A stretch of DNA of 57,899 bases, the filler included, from Sphacelaria rigidula (lineage: Eukaryota): assembly GCA_964200075.2 (NCBI GenBank). It is 4 parts of 4 records of this genome, joined end to end, with 100 filler letters (N's around TTAATTAATTAA, not from the genome) between each part and the next. Parts side by side here need not be neighbours in the genome. Positions count along the whole stretch, not along the records: positions 1 to 14,401 come from CAXNAA020002268.1; 3 more parts are not named here. The stretch is one strand, 5' to 3'. Position 1 is the first letter of the stretch; each line of letters begins with the position of its first letter. The notes under the pieces were generated by a model that was given only the letters and a program-made list of their open reading frames with translations, was not told where the DNA came from and did no database searches. The position numbers were made by a program, and so were the translations under genes. Positions 1-14,401 of the stretch are shown here, piece after piece.

Positions 1-404
1 TGTAAAACAAAGCACCGGAATATCCGACAATTACCCGTGACCATAGTACCCCTGTTTGACCGTCACATTCAGGGTACAATCAACCATCATACACCTGCGG
101 GAAAATTGGTGCGGGTAAAATCGATTACCCGTCACCGCTACTGTTCTCTCACACACGCGCGAGCAAGGACGGCTGAGTCCTTGCGGCAAGATCTAATACT
201 CGGAAGCTGTGGGGTGTCATTGCAGTCGTTGATTTCACCTGACGTCTGCGAAACAAGGACGGCAGTCTGCCACATCCCAGTTGGGAGGATGGATGTTTAA
301 GAGATGAAACACTCGTCTGGACTTTCTTGGTGTGCAGAGTAAAACGGAATGTCTCGTGTGGGTGACTTGACTTCTGCTGTCGTGACCGAAGTGAGGGCTG
401 AGTA

Positions 405-495
405 AATGAGTTGAAAAGCGTCGATCTTGGGCTGTTCAAATTCCTGTGCGGTCCAAAACGTACACGGTCCCCCCACGCATCACACGTTTTCTGGA
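405..495 (+). repeat. Partial copy of the MITE family seen at 7310-7529 and ~17820-17965
   Basis: gaaaagcgtcgatcttgggctgttcaaattcctgtgcggtcc...cacggtccccccacgcatcacac aligns by eye with the right arm at 7453-7525. Confidence 0.6.
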
Positions 496-1801
496 GATCA
501 ATAGAGGTCGATGTCGTTCTGCATGAGACTAGTGTTGGCAAAGTCACCCGACTTGACTCACATGCTTATTATGATGGATTTTTGAAGCAGCCGGGGATGA
601 CTTCGTGATGACTTCATGTGATGGGGTAAGTTCAGCCGTGGTATAGTTCCCTTTCATGGTTCCTGACTTACATCCTGCGAGACCCATCGGCGTGCGGAGA
701 TGACCTCGGGCTGTTAGAATTCAAGCGGGCTTGGCATGGCAGGAAACATGCCGGGACTGTCGCCTTCTGCCAATATTTGTTTACACATGAAATTTCAAAT
801 CTCTGTAGTACCACACCGTAGCGCGTCACATGCATGTAAGAGCTGCACGCCACTGAGGCGTGTGCCCAACTTTTCTGTGATCAAGATTTCTTTTGATTAC
901 TCTTCTACAAGGCGGCACTCATGGCTTCCCTTTGCCTTCGGCAGTTGACTTCTCCAGTTCAGAGAGGATGCAATATGATGAACGGTACATGACAACGGTT
1001 TCGTGAGATTGAGAGTGTACCGTTGATCGAGAGTGGGTTTCATTATACACTTCTTCATTTGATCATTTTTTCCATCATGTGCGTGCTCGACGTTGCCCGT
1101 AATACTGGGTGTGCTTACAGCTGCAGGATGACACCGAAATGAAATATCGGTCAACGTTCTCCGCGTTTTCTCAACAAAGTGCACGTGAAAAGATGAAGAA
1201 ATCCCTGCCGCCACGATAAGAAGCAATCCGCCCCCGCTCCGCAACGGTGAATGCACACTTTGAAACCGCAGCGCACAGGCAGATTGCGCAAGATATCAAC
1301 ATGACATACCGTCGTGACCACAACACACTTTCTTTACCCTGCTGCACTTGTACCCCTCCATGAACAAAGTTCAGCTGAACGAGCACATTCGCAATGCCGA
1401 TCATTTGCAAACGCTTGGGCACGTACACAACACTCTCTTGTTCCGCCTTCGAACAACCACGGGGAGCAAAAAGCGTCACATATCTGACATGCAAAATCCG
1501 TGCTCGAAATCAAGTGACATACGTACTGCAGCATGACATATATATGCAGCATCCTGCATCCCAACATGAGGGCACGTAGCGCACACTTTTCCGTCAAAAC
1601 CGATTAGCATGCCTCTTCGGAAAAACCCGATACCTACGTACATGACGCGCATTTTTCGCCAAGCCCTTCATCTGAAGCAATACGGTCAAACAGAATCGCA
1701 ACATGATCTGCATACGAAGCCACATGAGTGGTTTCACGTTGAACGTGCATACGGCACCTAAAAAACGCTACGATATTTCGACCATGCCAGGTACTCTTCG
1801 T

Positions 1802-4800
1802 CTACTTTCCGTCATAGGCAGGATCGCCAGGATTGCGGTATCTGTCCAACGGCGACCGCAACCCATCACTCCCAAAATACCAGCCGCTGCCGGGTACATC
1901 CCCGGTAGCCAAAAATATCGGTGTTTTGGCCCCGTCAGACGGCGGTTTACCCCCCATTTCCTCCACAGTTTTGCCTGAGCCCGCCCCCACAAAAGCTCTC
2001 GACAAATCAGTCACGATCCACCCGGGGGTGCACGAGTTGATTAGCAAATTGGGGTGCTCTCGTGCCAGATACATGTTGTACATATTGACGACTGCCTTCG
2101 TGAAGCCGTAACCCGCTCTCGTGTCTGCGCCCGCTAGCCCTGCATCCGAGAATTTGGCCGACACTTCCTCGGCTGGCGAGGCGGACGAAATGGCTAAGCA
2201 TTCGTCCATCACACCTGTGATCTGTGTAGGAGGGAGAACGCGGATAGGGGGCGGGGGGGGGGGGTACCATTCATAGTCCGATGCTCGTTTGTTTTGAGAG
2301 TTGCACGGAGCAGCATGAAAGAACCATTGTTTTTTCGCACAAGCCGTACAGAGGGTTGTCGCTCCTTCATCAGCCCCTTTCCTTCTCATGGGACAGGCGG
2401 TAGTTTCGACCTTGGTTCGTTCCATCACTTCCATACCGTCCCTCGTATCCTCCAGTGCAGAAGGACAGCGATTTCACATTAACCGAAATCAAGATAAATA
2501 CCATCCGTCTTTGACTTGGGGTGTAAGATATTAACGCAGACCGGAAGCTCGAACATGAAATTTTGAACACGGTTCATCTATAAATTATGCGATGTGCTCA
2601 GAGGCCATGGACAAAAAGGTCGAATTCTGGGCGACTGGTACCACAAAATGTACTAGACAAGCCGCGTTATAATGTACCCATCAACATATGTAACTTGTCT
2701 TCATATCTGGAAGATGGCTTGTTGCCTTCGTCACTCCCTGGGTACGCTACCGCGCCACGACTGGTGAGCAGCAAAGTGTGCATTGGTTCCCAATTCCGAC
2801 AACAAAATGCCGTCCCAGTCGATCAACTGGTACATCATCGGTCCGTGAGGGCGGAGAAGTGGGCGACAGTCTCTACACCTATGGTTCAGAACTTGCGTCT
2901 ATTTTCATTGCGGGAAGGATGAGGACGTAAATGATGACAAAAGAGTCGACACAAGCCCAAAGGCTGTAGGAGTGCCCAACGCTCGATAAACATACTCAAG
3001 GGAGGTACCGGGAGGGAATAGGTTGATCTTTTCTGATAAAGGACTCCGCCCGAGGAAGGGGGCATACTCATTTGTTGCTGGTCTTAGTCGTTTGGCCATT
3101 GACTATGCATCCCCTTCGCGACCGAGCACCGTCTCTACTCCTAATAGAGGCACCTCCAACATGTCGGTGTTCATTACGCACGTTTCTTTTATACTTTACA
3201 CAAAACCTTTTACACATCTTACCCCTGTCCTGTATTGCCATCTGTAGCCACCATATTTTCTCTAGCACAGCCATCGTTTTCCCGCTACTGTCTAGTGCAT
3301 CAGACGATTTCATGCCACCTTCGTTCATGTCTTGCATTTTCCCCTCTGGCACGTCTCGTTCCTCCTTGTACAGTTCACATTCAGTGAAAGGGGCACATTT
3401 TGCTTGCAGCCTTGCGTCGAAGAAGTCGATAGGGATGCTCATTGGTGATGCGATAAACAGGGTTAATTGGCGGTGGACGTCCGTTTTTGCTCAAAAGCAT
3501 TTCCCTTCGAAAACATGAAGAGCGTCGTTCATGCACTCTTAAATAGTGGTACTCTTTTTCCATAATATAAAGGCGGTGTATTGGCAGCTTAGGCGTGAAG
3601 AGAATCCGCACCTCGCGTTAGATGACGCCGAAATTCGGAGAATGTGCAGATTGGTATCAGAGGAAGGTATCACAGTCACAGCTGCAGCAGGAAGACTCGC
3701 TAATGGTTCGGTCTGCATTAAGACGGTGGATATCCACGATGCGTGGGATTTCATGTCTTCAACACCCTGCTGTCTGATGACGATTATAGTGGGTACAGTG
3801 ACAGTTGAGCACGCAGGCTGCGACGGATCTTGCCGGCCTCATCATCAACCTTCGCCCAGTTATGGATGAACGCTCGAAGAGACCCAGCAAACAGGCATCG
3901 TTTATGGTCCGCTATGTATGTGAGTGTTGGGAGCTGCACGTTTCTGCTCCAAAAAGGTCCGTAGTCGAAGGTTAAGCTCCTCTCGCGCGACCTGTGGGTA
4001 GTGCCACGAATACCGGGGCGACATCCTGGTGCAGACAGTCCCATCACTACCGGGATGGGCGTCGCACCGGTATTCATCTAGCGTCATCAACTTGGAGTAC
4101 GGCCGCACAGGCTTTGCACGTGAATAATTTAGTGATTCTTTACTTCCACTTCGGCCATGTGCTGTGGGTGTTTTCACGATCTCACCGCCTCATATATATG
4201 TGGAAATATATTACACCGTGGACATGAGCTTTTTACAGTCAGTATGCAATTCAAAAGAATGTACTGTACACGGTATAGAAGCTTTTGCCTACTGCGACGT
4301 GCGCAATACTCGTAGTGGGAACTGCGCGCAGTTTCACTTCAAGACAGTGTAGAAATCTTCACGGTATGAATTGTCACAGCCGGCTTGCGCGCAATAGCGG
4401 CTGTGTTACCATACAGCTCTGCTCAAGATACAGGCATTATAGCGATAGGGGCGGCATTTTACTCCTGCGTGCGCCACCTAGGGCAAATGCACGCTTAGCT
4501 GCAACACCGGCCGTTGTACAAGATGTGGCGGAGCGAGGGGTGCTTCACCACGTACACGCAAACAGCAAGCAGTATCATACATATACTGAATAGAAGTGTA
4601 TGTGAAATCCGTGCGCGCGGGCTGGGGCCAGCATGTAGGGAACCCTGCACAACTTCGCCGTGTACTACCGGGACGCGACCTCTTTTCAGTTGCAGTCGCT
4701 TGTCAAGTGCGCTGTGACGGGTCTCGTGCGTGATGGTGCTTTTTCCACCCCCGAACACCGCCCGTGAAGCGAGCTTTCGATGTTGGAAGTGCCCACCCCT

Positions 4801-7800
4801 CTTCCCGTGATGATCTCCACCCTTGGTCTGAGACAATTGAAGCTGCGGAATGACAGTATCTACTGGAAGGTATATACTCTCCCACATGAATGCCTCCATA
4901 ATATGGTAAAAGAATAACACTGCATTACTCAGTACCACCAAACAAGAGCTGGCCCCCAGCCACCTCCTAGATGTCCGACCCACGGTGGGAAAGCCAAAAA
5001 GCAAAAGAGAGTATTTTCATGTAGCCGTCGGATTAGGTCATCCTACAACGTGTAAGTAGTTTCGTGCAGATCTTAAGACGTCGAAAATTCGTTATTTCCG
5101 GTTTCCTGGTGTGTTATCGGCCCCTCTAACAACGAGATATGCAGTCACAATTTCCGGCACCACACCCTCGCATGTCTTTTCAGTCCACATAAACAGGTCA
5201 CCCTGGTCAAGCATGCCAGCTACGCGAGATAATCAAAGCAATCAAGCATGCTAGCTAAACAAAAGTCATGAGTAACCACCACTGTACATTACAAGAGGGT
5301 ATGTGGCTTGAAGGGATTTGACGTTGTTTGAACGTCACTACGATAAACGGCCTGATGGTGACAGGAAGAAGACAGGCAGAGAGCAGTCGAGTTGCGAAGT
5401 TGGCGATCAACCTGTACCTCATCAAAACAGGGCGCTGACAGGTAAAGATCAGGTCACGCTAGGGCACTTGAGCAGAAATGATGAATGAATATCATCCCCC
5501 CGAGAATCGAAACTCGATCAAGAGGCGACGGGGGACGGGGCAAGTGTTTTAGTTTGGCGCGGTACCAGGAAATCACTCGTGCCTCTTTCTCTTATTTTGC
5601 AGTGGTTGAGCGGTCGGTACCCAACTGGTGAGCTACGGGTAGGATGCGGGAAGTGACCTGTCGGTCATCTGTGGGGGAACACAATGACCAAATTAAGCAA
5701 AGCAATCCAAATGGTCGCTTACTTCCTTCGTGCTTGTTGCCCGGCGCAGAATTTCCTTTTGAAACGTCTCAACACGCGTGTTTGACTCTGTATGCTCTCC
5801 AAGTGGTCTGGCAGCAGGCATCCCCTCGCGCTCGAAAACCCCACCATCTCCCCGCGTGCCCCCTGGATATATCTGCATCGTCACGCGACGAAACTTGCCC
5901 GAGACAAGGCTTGCGTTCAAAGAATTGAAGATGGATGTCTCAGTAACGTCTTGAAGGCGTTCAACTCGACAATTACTCATGGGGTACCTATTTCAAGGTC
6001 GCATTGAGTTCAAGATTTATTTTCAAACGCGAGCGCGAATCCAATGAAACAGGTGGTGTCATGAACAACGTTTGTTGCCGAAGTCCTCTGCAACGGATCC
6101 ATACACTCGGTTCCCTTTAAAAAACGTACGCTTCCGCTTAAATGGTTGTTTCCTTCGCTTCACCCGTTCCTACACGCTCTACTGGATCTGTCGGCAAGGC
6201 GTCCCCCCAGTTTTTGAAGAGGGGGGGCACGGCGGGCTTTCTTCGTAGTTGTCTCCTGGCTCTACTGTACGTGCTTACCGCACCTTCGACCCGCCTCCTT
6301 CCTCGGCACAAATCCATCACAGTCTCACAAAGACCGTTCTACGATTATGCGTCTCTCCCCTGGGACTCGCACCGCACTCTATTCGTATCGAGCATTACCG
6401 TGGTTTTGTGCACTGTGCTATTTCCTCGTTCTTTCTGGAAGTTCCTCCCCCTTCTTTGTTTCTGCATATTCGCTTTCTTGGTTATCTTCCCTCCGTTCCT
6501 CTTGTCCTTCTCCATTCCCACATGCATTTCCTTTTTTCCCGTTCACTTTGTTATTCTCTCTGAGCCGTGCCAGTGTGTATGTTGCCTTCCTGCAAAGCTG
6601 CTGGGTGAGTGCACATGTCCAAATCGTGCGGTCCTCAGACAGCCAACTCGCAATCTGCCTTCACATCACTACTTTCGTAAGGCCTTCACACATGAAGCCT
6701 GGGCAGGGACCTGTAAGGGACTCCTCGGGATCGGTATCAGACTTTAGCCCGGCGCTTTTCATGTCCTCAGCTTATTTCCTTCCGTTTTGCTTGCTCTGAT
6801 CAGTTTCCTCTGTTCGTTTCCGTCATTTATTTCCTCATTCTTTTTCGAGTCTCCCCATTCGAGGGCTTCCGTCGATTCACCTTGGGTACATTAATCTCGT
6901 CACCATGGCTGGATCGGTAGCGAGTCAGGGAAATCGATTGACCTATCCATCCATTAATTGGATCAGCACTGCTCCCGGAGCCCATGAACTCTCCACGAAT
7001 TTTGCTGCTGAGTGCGTGTAAGTGCGATACCGCCGTTATGTATACCCTTGGTTGCTTGGGTATGCGCCTCGTCTAGTTCAGCACAAAGAAAAACGATTTT
7101 TCTCAAGAATCATCAAGGAGCATCAAGACCCGTTGTGTGTGTACCACAAGGTCCCCGCCGTCCAAGAGACTGAAGAGATACATGTGTCTTGAGGAGTTGC
7201 AACGCGTTACTGGAACAGAGTTCTGAATCGAATTGCCGTACCGCGTCGTGGAACACGCATAGGTTGCCGGTACATGAAATCTGTGTAGAGAGCACATTTG
7301 TGTACAGCACATGGTGTGATGCGTGAGAGGACCGCGTGCTTAAAGGACCGCATCGGAATTCGAACATCCCTATTATTAGGGTTAGGGTCAGGGTTAGTGT
7401 TAGGGTTGTAGTCAGGGGCGTGATACCTGCAGAGACGTACCCGATTGGTTTTGAAAAACGTCGATCCTGGGGTGTTTTGAACTACGGCGCGGTCCTCTAA
7501 GCACGCGGTCCTCTCACACATTACAATGGAACATGAAAAGAAGTTTCTACAATGATCACCTACACAAACACTGCTTGACTGCCTTGAATTACAATCACAG
7601 ACCCGAATTTCAAGGAACAAACGAACAAAAAGGAGAAAAGCAACATCACATTTGTTTGGGTTGCATGACACAACAAAATCCTTCCTGCTGCTTCCCACCC
7701 GTGCAGTAGCCACATCAATATTCGTACCATCGTGCACATACCTGAGATAATGTAACTGACGGATCCGTCATGAGCTTTTGTCTCTCCGCCGAGCAACCGT

Positions 7801-10800
7801 TGACGAACGACGGCCCAGCGGCAGACGAAATTATTACGATGCGTCCTTTGTCTGCATCCAAAAGCGGTAAAAATGCCTCCGTAGTTCGCATCACCCCACG
7901 TACATTCACCTCCACGCACCGCGCGAAATTTTCGGCCGACGCTTCGACCGTCATGACGCCCGCGTTGTTTATGAGGGCTGTCAGAGGGCACGGACCTGAC
8001 GTGTTCCAAGGATTAACGGCCGTCACGTGTGTGCATCATAGCGGATCGGTTGACATGCGATCATCAATGGAATTGCTCGATCGCTGAATCAAAATTGCGA
8101 TGTGACAGCTCTCTTTCCGTACCTTACGCCTGAATCTCTCTCCCGTATCATGAAATCACCCAGTTTTGATCAAATATGCGGCGCGCGATGGGTCGATTTT
8201 GCCATCAAAATCTTGTCTGCTATCAGCGGAAGAGAAGAGGAGCAGTATGAGCCCGGCACCCCGGAGGAAAACGGAAGATTGGGGGCATATTTGTATCTGT
8301 AGCGTGTCAAGAGCTCTCACGACCTTCCGTTCGCAAGGAGTCCCAGTAGGGAACGCAGGTCTCCGCGATACGTTCCATCGTCGACAACGCTGGTACGCCC
8401 TCTCGTCTGGAATATCGGCGTGGGCCTGTCAGAGATTCGTTCCGTACCATTTCTAGTTCGTAGTCTGAAGTGTATGCCGGTATATTCTTCCCACTTTGGT
8501 CATTCTTTCTTCGTTAACTTTGCACGAGCGACTGTTTCCGTCTCTTCGCCGTAGCTACACCCATCTTGTGACCACGGGTGGATTAAGAGCAGTAGTGGGT
8601 GGGCGAAAGGGTAATACCATCGGTGGACCAGCCAATCATCTCAGCCACCAATGAGACCCGGTAAGGAAACGGCTCCAACATACGGTCGGACATTGGCAAA
8701 AAGTTGACAGAGGCCTAGCGTCTGTTAATGCCTGGAAGTAACTTCAACAGGCTAGTTACACTGAGGTTCGAAAGGCCTGGTGCTGGGTATTCGACCCCTG
8801 CGGTTGCACATGTTTGAAAAATCTCCACATGGATGACGAATCAAAGCATGCGCACTGACTAGCACAAACATCGAACTTATGCGCCTTGTTATACGATCAG
8901 AGTGTGATGATTAAACTGAAAGATTGCATTCATGGATCTAAGGGTACTGCCGGATCGGTTGCTATGCACTATGCTGACAGGGGAGAACATACACTACCAG
9001 GTTCGTGAGAGTGAGACCGGAGGGTGGACCGCAACTGCCCGGGAGTGCCGTAGTGTCTGATACTCCGGCGTTCGGGTGTTGATCCCTAGAAGCGTCCAGA
9101 TGTATGTCCATATGTTGTACTGGTGTGTTAATTTACCAGACTGCAGTCGTCCATAGTTTGTGCTCCGACCGACGCAAGTGCCCTGTCCTTCAAGCAAACC
9201 ACGCTACAATTTAGCTCAACAAAACGAGATCATCATGCACATGAAACCAAAGACTCACCGATGACACCAAAACATCACCAGTTTGGGTTTTCGGCTCTAC
9301 CTCTCCACGCAGCAAACCGGGCGCCTACTTTATTGCACAGTAGATACAGTTCATTTCTCCACGTGTATATGTGTCGAATGACCATTCTCATGTTCGAAAC
9401 ACTCCACACCCTGGAAAATATATGGTCATTATATGCAATAAACAAAGATAAATGTTTTTTGAGTAGAGTATATCAAAGTCGGCGGTAGGTTCGACTCAAA
9501 GAGAGCTTCTTGATGTCCTATACGTCTGTCTCAACCTCTTCGAGGGGTGATGAGTTCGAATCTTGTTCCCACGGAGCACACTTGAGGCGGGGGTCGAATA
9601 CCTTATGGGTTTGGTGTTTGGTGTTGCTGACAACCTACAATGAGTTGCTTTATTGTGTGGTATCGCCACTACCAGAGCACCACGTCTTGTGCACTGCCTC
9701 ATGGCTGTCTAACGTCATACGGTGGGGGGATCTTGGTTGTTCGAATGTTGGAGTGTTACGTGTACACTCCAACCACCTCGAGAGCGGGAATCTAAACCTA
9801 TCCTACTCATCCGATCCGCTAAGCTCCCATGTGTAGCAAACGGTCGCTTGCCGAGGAATCAACTGGGAAGAGAAGAAGTGGGGTTTCTGCTAAGATACTT
9901 CCAAACTTGTCCACTAAACGTCTCTCACGACACCCGGAGCAAATGAAAGTCAAGCTGGTAGAACCGCGTCGATATGGTGACGCCAGGGTTTGCTCGAGAG
10001 TGTCAAAAATGATGTGTCGTAGCGACCAGGGATCCCTCAACCTCATCAAATACTATCATGCAAGCCGTGTTTAACAATTCGCAATTGCTTCGATGAAGTT
10101 TCGATCAAGTGGAAGACATGAGGACATGAGACAAAAATATATACAACTCCTCAAACTCCAGTCAAACGGGAATACACCAAGGGAGATTGCTCAGCAGGTG
10201 CGCTCAGGAGACAGGCGTGAGGTCTTTTCTCCCTCACATGCCACCTAAACCCTCTTGACCTCTCGATACACATCTTTTAGGCAAAAGCTCGCTGCGCTGA
10301 ACGCAGTACTGGCGATTGAAAAGGCGCACCTTCACTTGAGGTGTTCGCGTACCCATTTTGGGTCGTCGCTTTCACATGTAGTTCTCTTTTGTGTGATGCC
10401 GGGCAAGTTGGGCACGTGTTAATACAACCTTCCTTACACTTCGCTTCAAGGCGCGAATCTTGACCGACCAGATGGAGGTAGTGAGGAAAATGCGCTTGTG
10501 ACAATCGAGGTCAAACTGGAATCCCAATGAAAGTAAAAGAGACGACGATCTCCTGACGATCGAGATTAAGCGAGCAACGTGTGACCAATGCTGCGTGCTA
10601 TATTTGTGGCAATGCAGTGTGCTTTCGTTGTTGTACCGCATGCAGGGCGAGGTAACTAACTGCCTTGCACGACACACAATTACTCTGCGTTGTCGATTTA
10701 CGGTCTCTTTCGTGAAAGGAGCTAAGTGCCCGTAGTTCACACTTGCATACTTTGGTTGTGACTGCCACAGTTTTCTGTTGCACGTGCGACTTTAATCAAT

Positions 10801-11508
10801 GAACCGATGGAGATCAACGCTACCGTGATGATCCCACTACCTAGCAGTGCGTACCGTCGACCATGACTGGCGATGTGGGATGCATGCACCGACCAAACGG
10901 GCTTCTCTCCAAGCCAATATTGGGGTGTGCCCCCTTCTGGCCAAAGATTTTTATTTTGTTTTGGAGGGGGGGGTACCCCCTTTGTGCCTATTGCCCAAGT
11001 CAAGGTGATGCCGCATAATGTTGACCTTCCAAACCTGGGGCCTCACACAAAACCGAACACATGTACGAATGAAAAGTCCTACTTCCGGAGTCTAGAGCTG
11101 TCATACTCTGCACAAGTGTACCAGTACCTGAAACAACCACGATTGTCTTCAGCACATTCAACAGCGAATGCCGGATACACAAGCTCCAAAGCCCCCAGAA
11201 CATCATCCATGTTTACTGCACATGGTGTGTTTATCCTTGCCTGAGTTGTCGTCCGCAAAGCGCCCTCGAACAGAGGCAGCCGCTTGGGTAACCGATTCGG
11301 CGTCAGAAACATCGATCTTGAGAGCTTCCACGCGACCCTTGAAGTCGGCATCATCATCGATCAAACCTTTGACAGCATCGAGACCCCTACCCATGTCTCT
11401 GCAGCCTAAAAACACGAAATTATGCTTGTCAGCTTGTAGCAGGCCTTTCACAATCGCCAGGCCAATCCCCTTATTTGCTCCCGTAACGAGAAATCGAGCC
11501 ATAGCCAT
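1802..11508 (-). CDS. Short-chain dehydrogenase/reductase, carbonyl reductase-like; 3 exons join(11508-11241,7995-7742,2221-1802), ~313 aa
   Basis: Exon 1 has the Rossmann motif LVTGANKGIG. Exon 2 has INNAG and IVIISS. Exon 3 has catalytic YGFTK (YxxxK), then INSCTPGWIVTDL and a stop. Splice phases match (phase 1 with AG|GCAAGG donor, then phase 0 with CAG|GTATGT); total 942 nt in frame. Confidence 0.93.
6140..6960 (+). mobile_element. Probable 3' remnant of a non-LTR retrotransposon (pyrimidine-rich 3' UTR plus terminal motif)
   Basis: Long CT-rich tract ending in gtcaccatggctggatc...tcag and an (ATCC)-like tail. It resembles the LINE 3' motif at 33403-33466. Confidence 0.4.
7310..7529. mobile_element. 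MITE with ~60-bp terminal inverted repeats and a core of degenerate TTAGGG repeats
   Basis: The left arm catggtgtgatgcgtgagaggaccgcgtgcttaaaggaccgc is the reverse complement of the right arm gcggtcctctaagcacgcggtcctctcacacattacaatg, with a few mismatches. The core reads ttagggttagggtcagggttagtgttagggtt (~7376-7410). Confidence 0.8.
8100..8600 (+). mobile_element. 5'-truncated, decayed RTE-like LINE fragment in SDR intron 1
   Basis: ORF 8166-8456 (ILPSK...PRRKTEDW...RALTTF) weakly parallels the LINE C-terminus at 32547-32921 (RIPKH...RHKDW...EDMKAF). It is followed by a gtgaccacgggtgga 3' motif at ~8567-8582. Confidence 0.4.
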
Positions 11509-12959
11509 GCTGCCCCTGCTACTCGAAGATGGTGATTTAGGAACGCTAGAACTGTCCGGGAAGAGGGGGGGGGGGGGCAGAAAAAGGCGGGGAGGGTGCA
11601 TGGAAACACAATTTAAACGCTCAAGATCGAAGACTCATAGGGTGCGTAAGTCATGGTAAACGCCGCGTGACCATAGCAGGTGCTAAGAAACGACTTGTGA
11701 GGTATTTCAAACGAGGCTGGGCGAAGAGATGCTCAACAACGCTGGATATAACAATTGAAAAGTAACTCAGCATCTATTATCCAAAACACGCACGCGCAAA
11801 TAACGCGGAATTCATCAGGATAAAGCGCGTGAAACACCTGAGAAATAACTAGCACCGCGCAACATTATTTCATGATCGGGCTGGTTGTTTCAACCATGAC
11901 AGTACGCTCAACCGTCCCCCTCGTGCCACTTCAAAATTCGAAGTAGTTGCAAATTTCTCAAACTAGCGTTGTCCTTGCTGAGTGATTCTTGAGTGTGCGT
12001 TCCAGTTCCTCAATGCACCCGCTCAGAATGATTTTGCATCTTCTTGAGTAATGAATACTGTTCATCCAACCTGAAAAACGCACGCTTTGCGCACTGCAAC
12101 TTCAAATTGCGAGCGCAGAGAGCTGGTCATTCTTACGAAAGAGCCATATTTTGTGCCACCTACACTTCACAGATTCCCGGAAAACAGGGACGAAAGAGTG
12201 CCAACTTTGCGGGCACAGGGGCAAATTAACCTACGATTACGAACACGACTGCTTGGACAGAGGAAATCAACAATTGCGTACAGTTGAGCCGCATAATCTT
12301 CAATACCGGATGGGCGATGATGGCAGGTCACCTGGCAATGCTATTCCTGAACATTGTCCTAGATGACAACTAGATAGTGCCCTTCCCTTTACAACTATAA
12401 AGACGTGTGAGATTCGTCGGTGAGCTTTCGAATAGAAATAAGCCTCTGCACCACGCAACCATCCCGTTTCCCAAGCATCTCGACTACATTCATCATTCCA
12501 ACAGCAAAACGTTCGGTGGTGTGGCCTGTGGCGTAGTAGATGCTTAAGTATTGGTGTATAAATCGACGATTTACAACCCGGCACCAAGCGTGGTACACTA
12601 CGCCGTCTACAGGACATACATACAAGAGCACATATCATGGCTTGACATACGAGATACGAATCAAGCAGCAACCTACGAGTCTCAGCACCTCCTCCAACCA
12701 TCTTGAGAACCGTACAACGTTCACTAACAAACACTACATTTCTTAGTACCAGCACACGATTGTCCGAGGAACCGTATCGAGAAAAGGATACCAAGTACGT
12801 TACACAACCATACATACCGGGCGCTGAAACTGCTAAACGCGGAACACCCAGCAACACTCCACAAGGAAACACACAAGAAGAACGCGAAATTCATTGGTGA
12901 TCTGCAAACGCCCCGTAGCTCTCAATCCCGCACCCTGCGAGATAGATACAAGTTGCAAC

Positions 12960-13240
12960 CGACATGCAATGTGTACACGCCGATTTATTCACAGACAACG
13001 AGTGCGGTCGTACCCGCTTGGTACAATCACACAAAAGTGGGAGTCACTTATCTCTCTTTTTTTCATGTTTCAACTACCAAACCTGTAGAATATGGGCACT
13101 TCGTGTGGGTCCATATCCGACAATGCTTCAGTACGTGGCTCAACGTTTACTTGGGATGCTCCAGCAGTGAGGATCCCCATATAATTCGCGGTGACTGGGT
13201 TCAGGCGCAGATTAGGTAATAAGTGAGAAGGAGAAACAAT
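12960..13240 (+). pseudogene. Possible hAT transposase C-terminal dimerisation-domain remnant
   Basis: WALRVGPYPTMLQYVAQRLLG, then frameshifted CSSSE...QIR, resembles the hAT W...P.L..A.RLL...SS..ER motif. Interrupted by stops. Confidence 0.4.
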
Positions 13241-14401
13241 GCAGGCTACACCAGCGCTATCTGCTCCGTCACAGAGAGTCCCGGTATGACGGATAGCCCA
13301 GTACGGCACATGCTAGACCGCAAACTGTATGAATCATCAATTCATTCCTCCAACATTGGGATTTTCTTCATCTGACGTACGAGGTATCGGAGAGGCTCAG
13401 TTCACGGACAGCGTGGGGCACCTTCCAGGGCTCGTGATTTTGTGCCTCATGTCCATTGCAACAGCACCGACGAGTATCACAATTTCAAAACACCGTTTAC
13501 TCGTACCTCTTGCCGAGTGTTGGGACCTGGCGCACAAATCAGACGATTTCTGCTGCTCCTTAATCCTTCGACCGCCAGGGTGTGTCATATCCCAAGTGAA
13601 GATGGTGCCGATTTAAGAGATGACCACCCTGGCTGTCGAAGGGTGAATAAAGCTATCAAGCTTACGAAAACCGCGAGCTTAACCTCGAAAATTACGTGAA
13701 TCCTTCAACCGCGAAACAGTCTGTTCAGGTTCACGCATGCCAATGCGCCAATTCGTGTACGGCTTTTGAATCGACTACTACTGAAGTGAAACTCTTAACG
13801 TCCACGTAATTGCCAAGGGGTTGGCCCTTGAACCACACCAGGGTGGCTCATGTAGGTCTTGGGTTTATTCAAGTGGCAAGGATCTCGATAGGACTGATCA
13901 GGGGCCTGTCGAACGAAGATTTCGGGCCACGTAGGCTCCAAGGTCGAAGAAGTATGTTTTTCTGGGGGGGGGACGCCCAGCCTGCTGTCCACTAGCTTAT
14001 AGCCGACGCGTTGGCGGACGCGGGCAGCTGCTGTGTACAGATATCCTTGGCATGGAGACCGCTGAGATGGCGGACACACCGCCCCTCCCCAAGCTCATCA
14101 TTTATCATGACAATATTCATGGGAGTATGTTCCGTGTCGTGTGCCTCGAGTACCCACCAGTAGTACGGGCAAGTTTGGCGAGGCGTGAGATAATGTTGCT
14201 ATTTTGGCTACAACAGGGATCGGAGGTTATCGCGCGCGACAGAGCGAGCAAGGGGCGGAAGGAATACGAACAACTCGCAAAGTCTACCATACTTTTCGAT
14301 TGTTGCCAGTGTTTCTTGATCATTTTCTTCAACAATATTCACCCAAAACAAATAATGAAAAGTTTCGAAACATTTCCCTCCGGGAGGGGAGGGAAGGGGG
14401 G

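Noticed and set aside
2900-3760. Minus-strand ORFs possibly from a decayed DNA transposase in SDR intron 2
   Set aside because: No diagnostic motif recognised.
5790-5990. Possible reverse-transcriptase remnant on the minus strand (LNAFKTL...SSARG...DHL)
   Set aside because: Only a faint motif resemblance with several stops; cannot be supported without a profile search.
6142-6799. Hydrophobic 'membrane protein' ORFs (also 33147-33438)
   Set aside because: They arise from T/C-rich low-complexity LINE 3' UTR sequence.
8645-8680. Hammerhead-ribozyme-like string (ccaatgagacccggtaaggaaac)
   Set aside because: Lacks the intact CUGAUGA core and convincing stems.
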